This document shows positions 1 through 12,485 of a DNA stretch of 64,000 nt, piece after piece. The DNA comes from Octopus vulgaris (Eukaryota), in contig OX597828.1 in assembly GCA_951406725.2 (NCBI GenBank), positions 65,162,001 through 65,226,000 on the forward strand, in the 5' to 3' direction. A program made the translations under genes and the position numbers. Position 1 is the first letter of the stretch, and every line of letters starts with the position of its first letter. Below the pieces are notes generated by a model, which did not search any database, had not been told where the DNA came from, and worked only from the letters and a program-made list of their open reading frames with translations.

Positions 1-359
1 AATCCTTAATTTGTTCGTTATAAAGAAGAAAAAAACAGAACGAATTAATCTGAAATGTCACGTTGATAATATTGAATTACTCTTACGTTGGAAATGATAA
101 AGCATTAGACACATAATGAACGAATGCGGTAAAACTGCGCAAATATAATAAACGATAGGAGCATTGTTTGAGCCAACCTTAAACTGTTTTCAGAAACTGA
201 TTGATATGCTTTCACTTCAATCTATTCGTGTTTTGTGAGAAAGATATATGTTAATGGCAATATGTAGCACACGGCCTTCCTTAAGATATAGATTTCAAGT
301 GACTTAAAGCTAAAACAGCTTTGTTGGGCAATGTTTCTTTGTCGATTAATTAAAGGGAA

Positions 360-740
360 ATTAAGTCGGAGAAACGGCATTGCAAATATTGTTCATTAGA
401 ACACTCTGTACAATGCCGCTTCTCCATCTTGTATTGCAAACATTGTTCAGAGGAAACCACGTAAAACTTAAAATTTGGATAGAATTTATAAGAGCATTAG
501 TCTAATGGGATCGAAGAAAATTAGGATGTTAAGTTGTTATAACATTTCAACATTCATTGTGATCAAGTGATCAAGTCAAAAAGACCAGTGGTTATTATCG
601 TCAAAACAGAGGAAAGCTATTACACAACAATTGATATAGCATCCCTGGATAACAAATTGCATGAAAGAACAAGAAATATATCAAAAGCTGGGAAAAGAAT
701 TATCAATGTGTGTGCATGAAAAGGTGGTGGGAGTACCCAA
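360..740 (+). mobile_element. Highly decayed R4/Dong-type LINE, restriction-like endonuclease region
   Basis: Translates to RRNGIANIVH ... KLL*HFNIHCDQVIKSKRPVVIIVK..TIDIASLDNK, colinear with the better preserved copy at 58136-58846 (RRHDNIARLVH..KILWNFMIQCDHKIENRKPDIV..TIDIACPADNK). Confidence 0.55.
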
Positions 741-2041
741 ATAATTTTACGTTGAGTTTTCAAAGTTTATAATCATCATCTACATCAAAAATGAGTGGAA
801 TCTAATGTTAATCAGTTTGAAAACGGAGCATTTAATAATTTTCAAAGACACAAAAATATGTTGAAAGGACTCGGGACTTTACGTCAGTCTTGAGAACCTG
901 GAAAATAAAATCTGCCCCAGCTCTGTAGGTTCTTAACTCAGCTTATTGAAGAATGATGTTAACAGTTAACTACCTAATGAACATTATAATCACTTGAGTT
1001 GGCACTAGTATATCAGTGGAATATATTTTATTAATAAGGAAATAATGAAATTCCCCTATGGGAAAATATTACACAACGAAGCTGACTTAGGTTTAAAATA
1101 ATTAAAAATTCCAATGTACTATAGTACGTCATGTGCTAGATATAACAGCTTACATATCATGTCCTTCCAAAACAAAACAATAATAATGTATAAATACTGA
1201 AAAATGAAGGCATAGATGTCTAGAGGTTGAAACAATGCTCCTTTCGCTCTAGGGGTTACTGAAATTTGCATCAAGTCAATAAAATCTAAAATCTCAAATT
1301 AAGTAATATTTAACCACATTTACATCCGATTTCTTAAACCAAGTATATTCCATCGATAATTTTGACTTCTCTGGTACCATGTATTGGAAATGATTTTTCA
1401 AAGTCGATCAAACTATGAAATACTTTAAAATAGAGACCACGTAATTACGTCCGGAATTACAGCGTCGAATTCCCACCACAGGGAATATATTATAAGTGCT
1501 TGGTGCCTACTGAGCAATTAAATTCATATAAGAATGCATTAAAATAATTACTTGTTACCTTTTCAATTTCGTCAGTAAGAAATAGGCCCAGAATATCAAT
1601 TTAACGTAATATTAGGCAATTATTTATTCACCTCAAAAGTTACTATGGGGAACTATAGCTCTATGTGGTGACGGTGATTATTTATAAGTTACGCCGTTGT
1701 GAGTCACGTACCTAAGTTCAGGACCATAATACAATTATATTAGGGAGATTTAACGACCACTTTCTTAAGAGATATATCATCATTATATTGATCCGTTATT
1801 CTGCAACAACTAAACGTTTAAAGTAGTAAAATTAATTACCTTCAGAACCACATATGCTATATATTTCCCTGATTAAGTGTAGTTAATTGTTCTGCCACAT
1901 ATTTTATATTTAGCCCATCCGTAAGGATTAAGCAAACGCTTAAATAGTTTTCTTCTAAAAAGATATCTAAATCAATGTAAATTAAGATTTTGTATTTTTC
2001 TTAACTTTTTGAAGAAATAATGAGTTTTGACTACAAGCTTA

Positions 2042-2148
2042 GTATGTGTGTATGTGTGTGTGTGTTTGTGTGTATGTATGTGCATATATATGTGTATACA
2101 TATATATGCGTGTAACTATTTACACACATACACACGCTCATACACACA

Positions 2149-2184
<36 letters not shown>

Positions 2185-2217
2185 GTGTGTAAACACACAC
2201 ACACACACACACACACA

Positions 2218-2270
<53 letters not shown>
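2042..2270. repeat. Compound (TG)n/(TA)n/(CA)n microsatellite
   Basis: Directly visible dinucleotide tracts. Confidence 0.95.
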
Positions 2271-2383
2271 GCATTCCAATGATTATAACACCCACTTCAA
2301 TGAATGAAGAGAACCTAGTGTTTATAACCGAAATCTCTACCGCTCTCAATTACTTTTAAGAAAATAGAAATAAATTTCGCTTG

Positions 2384-2423
2384 ATCATTATATAGTAATT
2401 AAGTTTAATTACTATATAATGAT
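2384..2423. repeat. Perfect 40-bp palindrome (19-bp arms, 2-nt loop)
   Basis: ATCATTATATAGTAATTAA-GT-TTAATTACTATATAATGAT. Confidence 0.9.
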
Positions 2424-2436
2424 TAGTATTTATTAA

Positions 2437-2615
2437 TGCTTGGCGGTATTTCGTCTGTCTTTACGTTCTCAGTTCAAATTCCGCTGAGGTCGACTTTGTC
2501 TTTATCCTTTCAGAGTCGATAACTTAAGTATCAGTTGCGTACTGGGGTCGAACTAATCGACTTGTCCCCCCCAAAAAAAAATTTCGGGCCGTGTGCCTAG
2601 AGTAGAAAAGATTAT
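2437..2615 (+). mobile_element. SINE family A (tRNA-like head, Meta-like core), 5'-truncated, short tail
   Basis: GTTCAAATTCCGC-GAGGTCGACTTTG..ATCCTTTC..GTCGATAA..AAGTA core shared by many copies in the window. Confidence 0.85.
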
Positions 2616-3297
2616 ATAATAATTAATTGTGTTTAGGGAAGGTTGATAGGCTTTGTCTCTGAAGCAATGCTTCAATACACAAATGTCTTAGAATATTAAA
2701 AGATAAAATATATGAAAGAAATAAAAATTCGGTTTTAGAGAAAGAAAATACATTTCAATTAAACATCCTAAATTAGCTTAGTTTAAGATAGGAAAGCATT
2801 ATTAAATTAAATAATCTAAGCGTATGATTTTTAAATTAATAAATGAGTATATTTATTAAACACCCGACCAATTTTAACGCTAGAAATACTAAGTATGATT
2901 TTAGCTATTAACGCTCTGTCATCAGAGCCTATTTTTTATTCCACAGCAGCCATTACAAAATTAATATAAATTTGGTCAGTAACCATGTAACTCCAGACAT
3001 ACGGAGAAAATATAAGCTATTAGCTTTGCTGGAATACGATTTTGTGTATGAAATGAAATTTAGCACAATATTTTTTTCAATTGGTTATTCATTTTACCAT
3101 GATATCCCAATAAATATCGAAATCACATATTCCAATAGATGGTGAAGAAATATATTTTCTCCAAATATTTGATGAATACCAACAATTCCTCCTCGAAATG
3201 ATATCTTTCATCTCTATCTTTTACTTGTTTCAGCCAACGCAGAACGCTTATTCCCTCTCAGATGTTATAGTTGAGAGTGGTATTTAAGTTTCTAAAA

Positions 3298-3529
3298 GGC
3301 GGCGAGCTGGCAGAAACGTTAGCACGTCGGGCGAAATGCTTTGCGGTATTTCGTCTGTCGCTACGTTCTGAATTCAAATTCCGCCGAGGTCGACTTTGCC
3401 TTTCATCCTTTCGGGGTCGATTAAATAAGTACCAGTTACGCACTGGGGTCGATGTAATCTACTTGATACCTATGTCTGTTCTTGTTTGTCCCCTCAATGT
3501 TTAGCCCCTTGTGAGTAATAAAGAAATAG
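3298..3529 (+). mobile_element. SINE family A, full length, long tail, with target-site duplication
   Basis: GGCGGCGAGCTGGCAGAAACG head, core, tail TTTAGCCCCTTGTGAGTAATAAAGAAATAG; TSD TATTTAAGYTTCTAA at 3281-3295 and 3531-3545. Confidence 0.92.
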
Positions 3530-3755
3530 CTATTTAAGCTTCTAATAAGAACACAGCATAAACCATCAAATAATTTACATTTAAATGTGTGGTTCTGATG
3601 ACACGTGTTCTAACCTGGTTATGGCATCTTCCGATGTCTCTTGTAACAGAAGCGTGTTACACCATGTATCCCATTAAAACAAAACTACATTGTTGAGGGT
3701 GTTGTTAATCGTTTTGTATATATTGTTACAGTTGTTGGGTCCATTCCCAAACTAG

Positions 3756-4050
3756 GTGGAGGCACATGGCCTAGTGGTTAGAGCAGCGGACTCGCGGTTG
3801 AGGGATCCCGGGTTCGAATCTCAGACCGGGCGATGTGTGTGTTTATGAGCGAAACACCTAAGCTCCACGCGGCTCCGGCAGAAGGTAATGACGAATTCCT
3901 GTTCACTCTTTCGCCACAACTTTCTCTCACTCTTTCCTCCTGCATCATGCAGCTCACCTGCGACGGACCGGCGTCCCATCCAGGTGGGGAACCTATACAC
4001 CAAGGGAACCGGAAAACCGGCCCATATGAGCCAGGCATGGCTCAAGAAGG
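3756..4050 (+). mobile_element. SINE family B (tRNA-derived head, V-like domain)
   Basis: A box TGGCCTAGTGG, B box GGTTCGAATC, V-like CCTGCGACGGACCGGCGTCCCATCCAGG; 13-bp TSD ATTCCCAAACTAG at 3743-3755 and 4051-4063. Confidence 0.92.
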
Positions 4051-4819
4051 ATTCCCAAACTAGCCTTCTTCTGAAAGGAAACCAAGAATGCACCAGTAGG
4101 CCAGTAGTATATTCGGTTCCATTGAACCGATTTGCTGGTGGACTGCATCACTAACATCGTTTTAGTCGTAGCTACTACTGCTGCTGAAAGTGTTAAATTT
4201 CTTTTGAAGTTTAAATCACGCCAGTGTCGCTTGTATGATAAAAGCTAGTCGTTATCTATTTGCATCATTTCGAACTAACTTGTTGTGCACTTCTATACCT
4301 TGTTCTTTCGGCATTTACAGACGATACGTGATATTTCATTCCGAACGTAGGTGGCTCAAGCACTGATTAACAAGATTGGTCTTTAATACACGACTAAAGG
4401 TGTGGAGCTAGCTTTCTATGTAATTTGTTATTAATGAATACCAAATTCAAACAGTTCTACAGTTGCTTAAATTTAAGAGATCCGGTGTTGTTGATATGTT
4501 CGATTTCAAAGTTTATATGGCCATCATTGTCGATGAACATGTCATTTATGTTGTTTCCAACAGACAGGAGCATTCGAATGCCATTTGTATATGAATAAAA
4601 AGCACAATAGTAAGGTTAAATGCTCTATATTCTATCAGGCTTATATGTACGCTCGCCAATAAAGCCGACGGACTTCCCTCCATTGATATTTCCAATGAGT
4701 ATTTGAAATACTGACACCAAAATGAAGATAGGTTCTGTTCGCAATAATGGTCCGGTCACAAAGTAATGGATATCTGAAGTAAAGTTAAAGTTACCTTCAC
4801 AAGTCATACCGTGTCACAA

Positions 4820-5035
4820 GAACCGGTTTCCTGGTTTCATCGCGTATATATTCTCCAGCTGGATGAAACACCGGTCCGTCGCAAGATTACCTATTTTTGC
4901 CAGCCATGTGGATTGGAGCAACGTGAAATGAAGTGTTCTGCTCAAGAACACAACTCGTTGTCCGACCCAGGAATAGAAACCAGAATCTTACGATGAAGAC
5001 TCCAACACCCTAATTACTAAACCAAGCGCCTCCAC
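4820..5035 (-). mobile_element. Older tRNA SINE with CORE-like middle and family-B-like 3' part
   Basis: Minus strand GTGGAGGCGCTTGGTTTAGT.. TGTGTTCTTGAGCAGAACACTT.. TGCGACGGACCGGTGTTTCATCCAG..GAAACCAGGAAACCGG; a similar decayed copy lies near 8380-8540. Confidence 0.7.
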
Positions 5036-5354
5036 TATATCTGAGGCCATAATGTTAATGCAGTGCATGTTACAAAATAGAATGCATTTAGTGATTTGGT
5101 TGATGATTGGCAGCAGAGATACAGAAGTAGAAAGGAGATGAGTTTAAACTAATGGTACACTTATTAGGTCAAGCTTATTTTTACCGTTACAAATATTGTT
5201 GGATAAGTTTTGTGCACACAAGATGGTCTGGAGTATAGATTTGAACGTTTTGCAAAGAGCTAGGACACTTTCAACAAGAGACTTTGTATGCTAAATAATG
5301 TGAAACTTTAATTTTAGGTCTGATCTACGTCTCATTATATCTTACGAAAGGAAG

Positions 5355-5565
5355 TTGGCACGCTGGCAGAATCGTTAGCACGCCAGGTAAAATGCTTAGT
5401 GTTATTTCGTCCGTCTTTATGTTCCGAGTTCAAATTCCGTCGAAGTCGACTTCGCCTTTGATCCCCCTCGGGGTCGATAAAATGAGTACCAGTTGTTTAC
5501 TGGGATCGATGTAACCGACTCATATCCTCTCCCAAAATTGCTGCCCTTGTGGCAAAATTTGAAAC
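5355..5565 (+). mobile_element. SINE family A copy
   Basis: Head GCTGGCAGAATCGTTAGCACG and core GTCGATAAAATGAGTACCAG. Confidence 0.85.
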
Positions 5566-5570
5566 CTCCA

Positions 5571-7380
5571 AAACATCAAACTCGGCAATGACATCCCGGT
5601 CTCGCGCCACTTCTGCTCCACTGTTCATTCGCTACAACATGTCAATGTTCGAACTGTTTCTGCCTGCTCAGGGGCCAACGGGACTCCCGCCTTCGCAGTG
5701 AACAGGATTTAATCTTCTCCCTACATTCCTTTCCTCCTTGTGGTCTGAAGAATTTACTTCTCTCTCTTCATCTAACCCCAGCCCCACACAATTTCCCAGA
5801 CACCTCCCACTTTCAATAGCCCCTTCCCTCCACCTCCACACCTGCGCACCGACTAACTAGGCCCTCACCACACACCACTGTGCAAACACCCAAACACACT
5901 GCTCAACTCACCTCACACATCATTGCGCGCACACCCATACACAACTTCCCCCTCCATACACACCAGCACCCAGCGCCTCCCAATACCCACACAACAAACC
6001 ATAAACCCCCCACACACACACGCCACTATAGGGGGTGTATACAAACACCCCTACACACTGTTCAACTCAGTATACACACCGAACACCATTATGAACATTC
6101 CTACATCCACACACACTCACATGCATTCACACACACCTTCCCACTCCACACACACTAGCACCCAATTTCTGCCAACCTTTGACTCCCGTCAACCCTATCC
6201 CATCTTCCCCTCACCCCTATCCCACCTCCCCTCACCCCTATCCCACCTTCCCCTCACCCCTATCCCACCTCCCCTCACCCCTATCCCACCTCTCCTCACC
6301 CTTATCCCAACTTCCCCTCATCCCTATCCCACCTTCCCTCACCCCTATCCCACCTTCCCCTCACCCCTATCCCACCTTCCTTCAACGCTATCCCACCCCC
6401 CCTCACCCCTATCCCACCTCATCTCTCCTATTTCGCTTCATCTCAGCCCAATCCCACCTCCGATACCCTATATCTTGCCACCCCTATCTCACAACACATT
6501 ATTCACTTCAAAAAGCACGCACAGTGCGCAAAACGCCTGAACACAGACAATATACGCACTGACGCAGCACGCATAAACGCATACAACTGTCGCACAAAAA
6601 CATACACAATACATATGCACACTATAGGGTTTCACACACACGTGCACACACCACCCGAACAAGCACACATCAACTGCTAAACAGAAGCGTTTGCACACGC
6701 ACGTACGCACACACACACACACACGATAGCCTCACGCACATATACATACGTCTATAAGCACACACACATACACACAAATACACGAAACGTACATCACTCC
6801 ACACAACGCACGCACTAACCTACTTGTACACATACACACACACAGGCTCATGCGTTTGCATCCATACAAACGTGCACGCGCAAACACGCACACACACACA
6901 CATGAAAACACTACACATATGTACACACGTCCAAACACACACACACTGAGATACATACTAGTACATGAAACGCACAACATGTACGCACTAGGTTACTTAG
7001 AAGCACACACACACAGGCCCACATAATTTTAAGCTCGCCCATACCTGCATACATACTTACGCACTCGTCCCACTCATCATTCTCACATACAAACACGCGT
7101 TTGCCCATCGTTCGACCGAGTCACCGTTATTATCTCCCTTCCACTCAGCCTCTTTCTTCCGGCTATTTCATCATGTTGCACCGTTATTCCCTATACATAT
7201 TTTCCTCTCTCCCTATTTCTTTCCTTCTCTCTCCCGTTTTATTTTTCCTCTTAATCCTTTCTGTCACAGAATTTAGACTTGAAACGTCAAAGACTTTTCC
7301 ATTCTTCCTGAGCGTTAAACTAATACACCTGACTGTGTTCTGTCACCTGTCTTCGTCTTTTGTTTTCGGTAAATTTGAAT
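5571..7380 (+). mobile_element. 5'-truncated Penelope-like element: GIY-YIG C-terminus, low-complexity 3' region, degenerate hammerhead
   Basis: 5571-5750 reads NIKLGNDIPVSRHFCSTVHSLQH..(frameshift)..RLRSEQDLIFSLHSFPPCGL, typical of the PLE GIY-YIG end; 7256-7295 has CCTTT-CTGTCAC..GAAACGTC-AAAG; 7256-7375 is homologous to 27790-27915. That the whole span is one element is inferred. Confidence 0.7.
6190..6420. repeat. C-rich 21-22 bp minisatellite, about 10 units
   Basis: Tandem CCCTCACCCCTATCCCACC(T)TC units. Confidence 0.92.
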
Positions 7381-7383
7381 TAT

Positions 7384-7443
<60 letters not shown>

Positions 7444-8959
7444 ACATAAATGTGAAACAAGGTGGAAAAAAAGAGTACTCAAATACCAGTGGTAGAGTAA
7501 TATGCAGAAACTGTCCGATGAGGGAAGAGGTCTGTGACGAACGAAGAGTAAACTTTTCATTGGACAAAATCTTCTTTTATGACTCTATATTATATCACAG
7601 TTTTACCATGTTCCGCATTTTTGTTAAATGTTTACTTCCTGTGGCCTAGAATAGTAATTTCCAAACACGAGAATAAAGTCGAATAATCTCACGGCAAGTT
7701 AAATGATTCGTCCAAAGCCACAATTCAGAATAGAAATTGTTTCATTTCCTTTGTGTAATAAAAACTAGTAGACTATATTGACATTTTCGAAGGACATGGA
7801 AATATGTAATTACAAAAGTAACAGCTTTTGTGTTCTGAAGTGCTCGTCCCCAGCGCACAAACATTTTCCAGTTCAACAGAAATCATTTTCTATTTTATTC
7901 TATGTTTTCTTATGTTGGTATTTTGAGAAATGGCATATAAATGAAAGACTCTTCGGATATAGAAACAGGAATTTATTGTTATTTTATGAACGCAAACAAA
8001 ATATCTTTTTAGTATTATGGAGAAACTAGCGTAAACTACTAATGTTATTATTGCTCTTGTTTGTGAATCAGATGTGAAAGGTAAAATGATTTTATCACTA
8101 AATTCGCTCTTATCACTGATTATATTCACTGAATTGTACTGAAAATTGAATATTGAATTTATAAGGAGCACGTTAATTCGATCAGCTCGCATCAATAATT
8201 ATCAGAAGATCGATTCTCTTAAATCAACATGACGTTAGTGAGGATCTACAAAGCATATTAATATTTAGCAGAATAATGCTTAACTTATCATAATAGAGAC
8301 CAGGATGCAGAGACCAGAATATCGGATTTTTTTATATACAATGCACTTCCTCTTATTGTAACTTTCGAACTATGCCTCTCCACTGTCTAGGCGGGCAGGC
8401 CAACATTCTTCCTCTGAAAGCAACTCCAGTCCATCGCATAGTTATCTATTTACAGATGAGGTGATTGAAGCAAAGTGAGATGAAGTGTTTTGCTTCAGAA
8501 CACTACGCACAGCAATCTGATCTGGTAATCTAAGCCATCATCATAATTTGACCTACATACACACAGACATAGTTTGCACACTTGTGTTATCACCGGCAAT
8601 GTTAATTTTCTGTGTGACCAAAATTAGAACTTCACAAATAATTTAGTGTGAAACCGAAATAATTGTAAGAATAATGAAAAAGAAATCAATGAAAATAAGG
8701 TAACATGTCAGATATCTCCTAACAACGTTTGCTTTCTTTTAATTTCTCTAGTATAGTCCAGACTACTAATATGAGATGGAGTAGCAGTATTTTTTCTTTA
8801 TACGCAGCAAAATAACATTATGAGATGAATTTAACGTTTAATATTAGAGCAGAACCAATTAGATTTTTAATATCTCATTTGTTTGACACACTCTCCTTTT
8901 AAAACGTGTGTGTACGTATATACATACTTGCATACACACACATACAATGTGTGTGTGTG

Positions 8960-9320
8960 TGTATATAAAGTCTCTTAATAATTTCAAAAATATGTTACAA
9001 AAGTAAATAAATATATAAATCTGTGCAAAATGTAGAGTAGAAAGTGAATTTTTTTTTTTTGGCTTCATTTAATATATCTCTATTTAAGCACCATTAGTTG
9101 TACAAATCTCATGAACACGGTAATTAATTTCTTACCACGTTCGCTGTAACATAACCTTATCAATGGTGCCAATGGAATTCAGAGATCCGTTGCTTCAGGT
9201 CATTGATGTCCTGTATCTTTGTTCGATACATATTATCTTTAACATAACCCCATAGAGAAAAGTCCATGGGAATGACATCCGAGCAACGAGGTGGCCAGGG
9301 AATTGCGCTATCCCTTCCTT
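8960..9320 (-). mobile_element. Tc1/mariner superfamily (rosa/Tc3-like) transposase 3' remnant
   Basis: Minus strand GRDSAIPWPPRCSDVIPMDFSLWGYVKDNMYRTKIQDINDLKQRI..MLQRTW..TNGA*IEIY, matching the WPPRSPDLTPLDFFLWGYVK motif. Confidence 0.85.
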
Positions 9321-10379
9321 TTAAATATGTACCTAATTACTAATATTTTTGTCCTAAATTTTTTTCTTAAGTATCATAAGATTCTTGAATTATTCTAATG
9401 TAAACTAAAGTGAGTAAACATAAACATTTTAAAGGGTAAAAGTTATTTCTCCTGACATCTTTAAGAAAAATATTATTAACAAGGGGATACAGAGTTAAAA
9501 CTTACTTAATATTTGTAGACAGAATTTAAATATATTTTAAACAGGAACCTGCAAGATAACGCACATAATTGTGTTTCCCTATCCCATAATTCCTTTTCGA
9601 ATATAGGTCAAGTTTTATTAAGGGGCTTCTTAAATGCTTCATTTTACAAATGTTTTTGTTTATTTTTATGATTTTAAATATTTCTATCTGAACTGACCTC
9701 ATCAACCATTCGTTAATATTCGACTCTTAAGGAAATCTCTACCAGACATTTCAACGGTTGATTCGGTCATAAAACCAGTATTCGGCTAGAATTCGTGCGC
9801 GTTTGTATATGTATGTTATATATGTGTGTTTGTATATGAACTGTATGCGTGTGCTATGAGTGTCTCTATATGTATATATGTGTGATGTGTTTGCATGTAT
9901 GTCCACACACACACTCAAACACACACACATATATATATAAATATGTATGCACGTATGTATGTCTATATGTATGTATGTAAGTATTATACATGCTTACATA
10001 CATAAATATATCCACATGCATTCATAAACACATAATATACACACATACTTATTTTTAAATATCTGTTAGGCAAGCTTTCAAAGTATTCATTATATGAAGT
10101 GTAAGTTTGGAATATTGATTTTTAATCGAGAAACCTCTTATAAATAGCTTCTTTGTTTTATTTCAAAGCAAATTTATCAAAGAGTGAACTGATAAATTTA
10201 AGATAAAGAATTCACTGCGGGCGGGGTGAGATCAACACTTGTAAATTCAAATGAGAGGAGCAGGTGTTAGAAAACCACTTCTAAACTACTTTAAAGAAGA
10301 GAATTGTTCTACACTGAAGTAAATAAAAATGCTTATGTATAGGAAGCGATGGGTAAGTTACGGTATGTTAAAGTTGTAA

Positions 10380-10900
10380 CAAAACTTAACAGATCGCAAG
10401 GGGGCGGGGATAAGTTTATAAACCCTCGGAGTCATCGTTGAAGTTGAAATAAAAATATAAACAGAGCAAAGATATTAAAAGCTAAATGAAAACTGTACGG
10501 GAATATGGCGAGTTTTAGTTAAAGCTTAGGTGGGATATGGTGTATTGAAATTTGGAATGATGGATAGATTGTGTTGATGCTGAAGCCGGTCTTAAGTGAG
10601 TTAAAAGGATTAAAAGTAAGCTAAGATACATAAGACCGTTGCGGACAGTAGCAGTGAAAGGGAATACGATATGATGAGAAGAATGAGCTGTATAATTATT
10701 AAGGAGAGATAAGAATGGGAAAAATTTAAGTACACTTAAAATCATTCATAAACGATGTGACAATGAATATATGACGGCAGAGAATCAATAGTATTAGCTG
10801 AAGTGGCGAATAGTTTTAGTTGGGCAAAGAGGCGTAATTGAGGTTTGACTGAGAAGGAGAAGTAATATCAAAGTTGAGTTTTAATGATTGGAATCCATCG
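10380..10900 (-). mobile_element. Possible very decayed PLE reverse transcriptase remnant
   Basis: Scattered motif-like pieces across frameshifts (YASLPN..PLQLI; YSLSHRL..IL; YFNFND..GL..P.PLA) in the expected order. Confidence 0.3.
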
Positions 10901-11369
10901 GCCGTTCTGAGGAGATATGTATAATGTATTGTTTTATGACAGATTAATACAACGGTTAAGCGAAACAAGCAGAATAAAATGTTGGACTAATATTGTCAAC
11001 TACATTAATATTAATAGTTAATGTTACAAAATATAACATAGTGGAGAATAAATCACGTTAATAAAATCTAGACGACTAATATTGAAAATTTCATTAATAT
11101 TGAATAGTAATGTATTCTAAGCTTTGTGAATTGAGTCAGACGGGATAAAATATAGCAAATTGAAGCAGCCTAAATTACAATTGGATATAACAAAAAATTG
11201 TTCTAAAATGAAGTGGGAGTAAAATAATTGTTAAAATAATTTTAAGGAAAGGAACATACGGCATAATATAAGAAAAATTTTAATTAAAATGTATTGCAAA
11301 CATTTAGGTAATACAGACAGGAAAGGAATATTTGTCACTTTGACAGGATTTCTCAAACACGACTTTATT

Positions 11370-11880
11370 ATACACTAAAATATTCGGACTAGTATCTTCT
11401 TCAGGGTTGTTATATTCAAAACATTTCTGTCGTTCTATGCTCAGGCCTTCTTCAGGCGTGCATCGAATAAGATACCATTCTCGGAATTTGGCGAAGAATC
11501 CTTTATTTAATCCTTAGGCGTTGATTATTCCCATCTGTTGTCCGTACCAGGGTAACTTCCTCGCCATTCCACTTAATGGTTTAGTAAGCTAGTTATATTC
11601 TTTCTTCTGATGCCCACCATATAAACTGCAAGACTTAACACTCGACCAACACTTATACTCCTCAGCCATTGACCTATTGGACTGTTAAATATAAGGATGA
11701 GGAGCTCTGAACTATTTGGGGATGTTAAACATGATATGCTTTCATTCTTAACTACAGGTTCCTATATGGCGTTCACATCTAAACTAAGCCTAAGAGGGTT
11801 ATTAGAACCCGATATATGTACTGATTTTTACAGTGGTCTTCCAGGTTTGTTAATGATATACCATTTTAATTTTGTCCCAC
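11370..11880 (-). mobile_element. Decayed PLE GIY-YIG region followed by degenerate hammerhead
   Basis: One frame gives MVYH*..STYIGF..ERH (11770-11865); downstream CTGAAGA-AGGC...GAAATGTTTTG at 11417-11460. Confidence 0.5.
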
Positions 11881-12089
11881 AAACGTTCGCAGTTCCTTTT
11901 TTCCCCTCTGCAAATCTTCAATCATGCTTGATATCTCACCATGGATTACAGATCTACTTTTAGGGGCCGGGTAGAGTCTCGTCTTTCAGACAATATCAAA
12001 AGGCCTGTATATATTCAATTGCTTGTTTTTTGCATATTTTCCTACCCACACAGCATGTTTGATAAAGACAATATTCCAGCATGACCAAT

Positions 12090-12101
12090 GTGTATTTGTG
12101 T

Positions 12102-12168
<67 letters not shown>

Positions 12169-12323
12169 CCTACTTTCGTATACGTGTGCATGTATATATA
12201 CAAAGTTGCTGTCAATAGTATTCTTGTTTAAGAATAATAGATGTATATACATATGTATATGTTCCTGTGCATGTCTGCATGTATGTCAATCAATATATTT
12301 GTGAATAACTTTGTGTATAAGTA

Positions 12324-12365
<42 letters not shown>

Positions 12366-12485
12366 AGTGTGCATACATATATATGTATGTAAGTGTGCAG
12401 GTATATATATGTATATATGTGTGTAGGTATGCATATATATATGTATATATGTGTAAGTGTATATATATATATATATATATATTTG
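12090..12485. repeat. (TG)n and (TA)n microsatellites
   Basis: Directly visible. Confidence 0.95.

Noticed and set aside
3595-3660. Hammerhead at CTGATGA (also 12985, 18668, 18965, 37224, 46283, 51773)
   Set aside because: No stem II plus GAAA plus stem I arrangement; some lie antisense within LINE coding remnants.
3756-3830. Functional tRNA gene (also 18057, 48696, 37955)
   Set aside because: The heads run into SINE bodies, lack a good acceptor stem and terminator, and three of them have TSDs.
6190-6420. CRISPR-like array
   Set aside because: No unique spacers, eukaryotic context and no cas genes.
5923-6562. Proline-rich ORFs
   Set aside because: Product of a C-rich minisatellite that is open in several frames.
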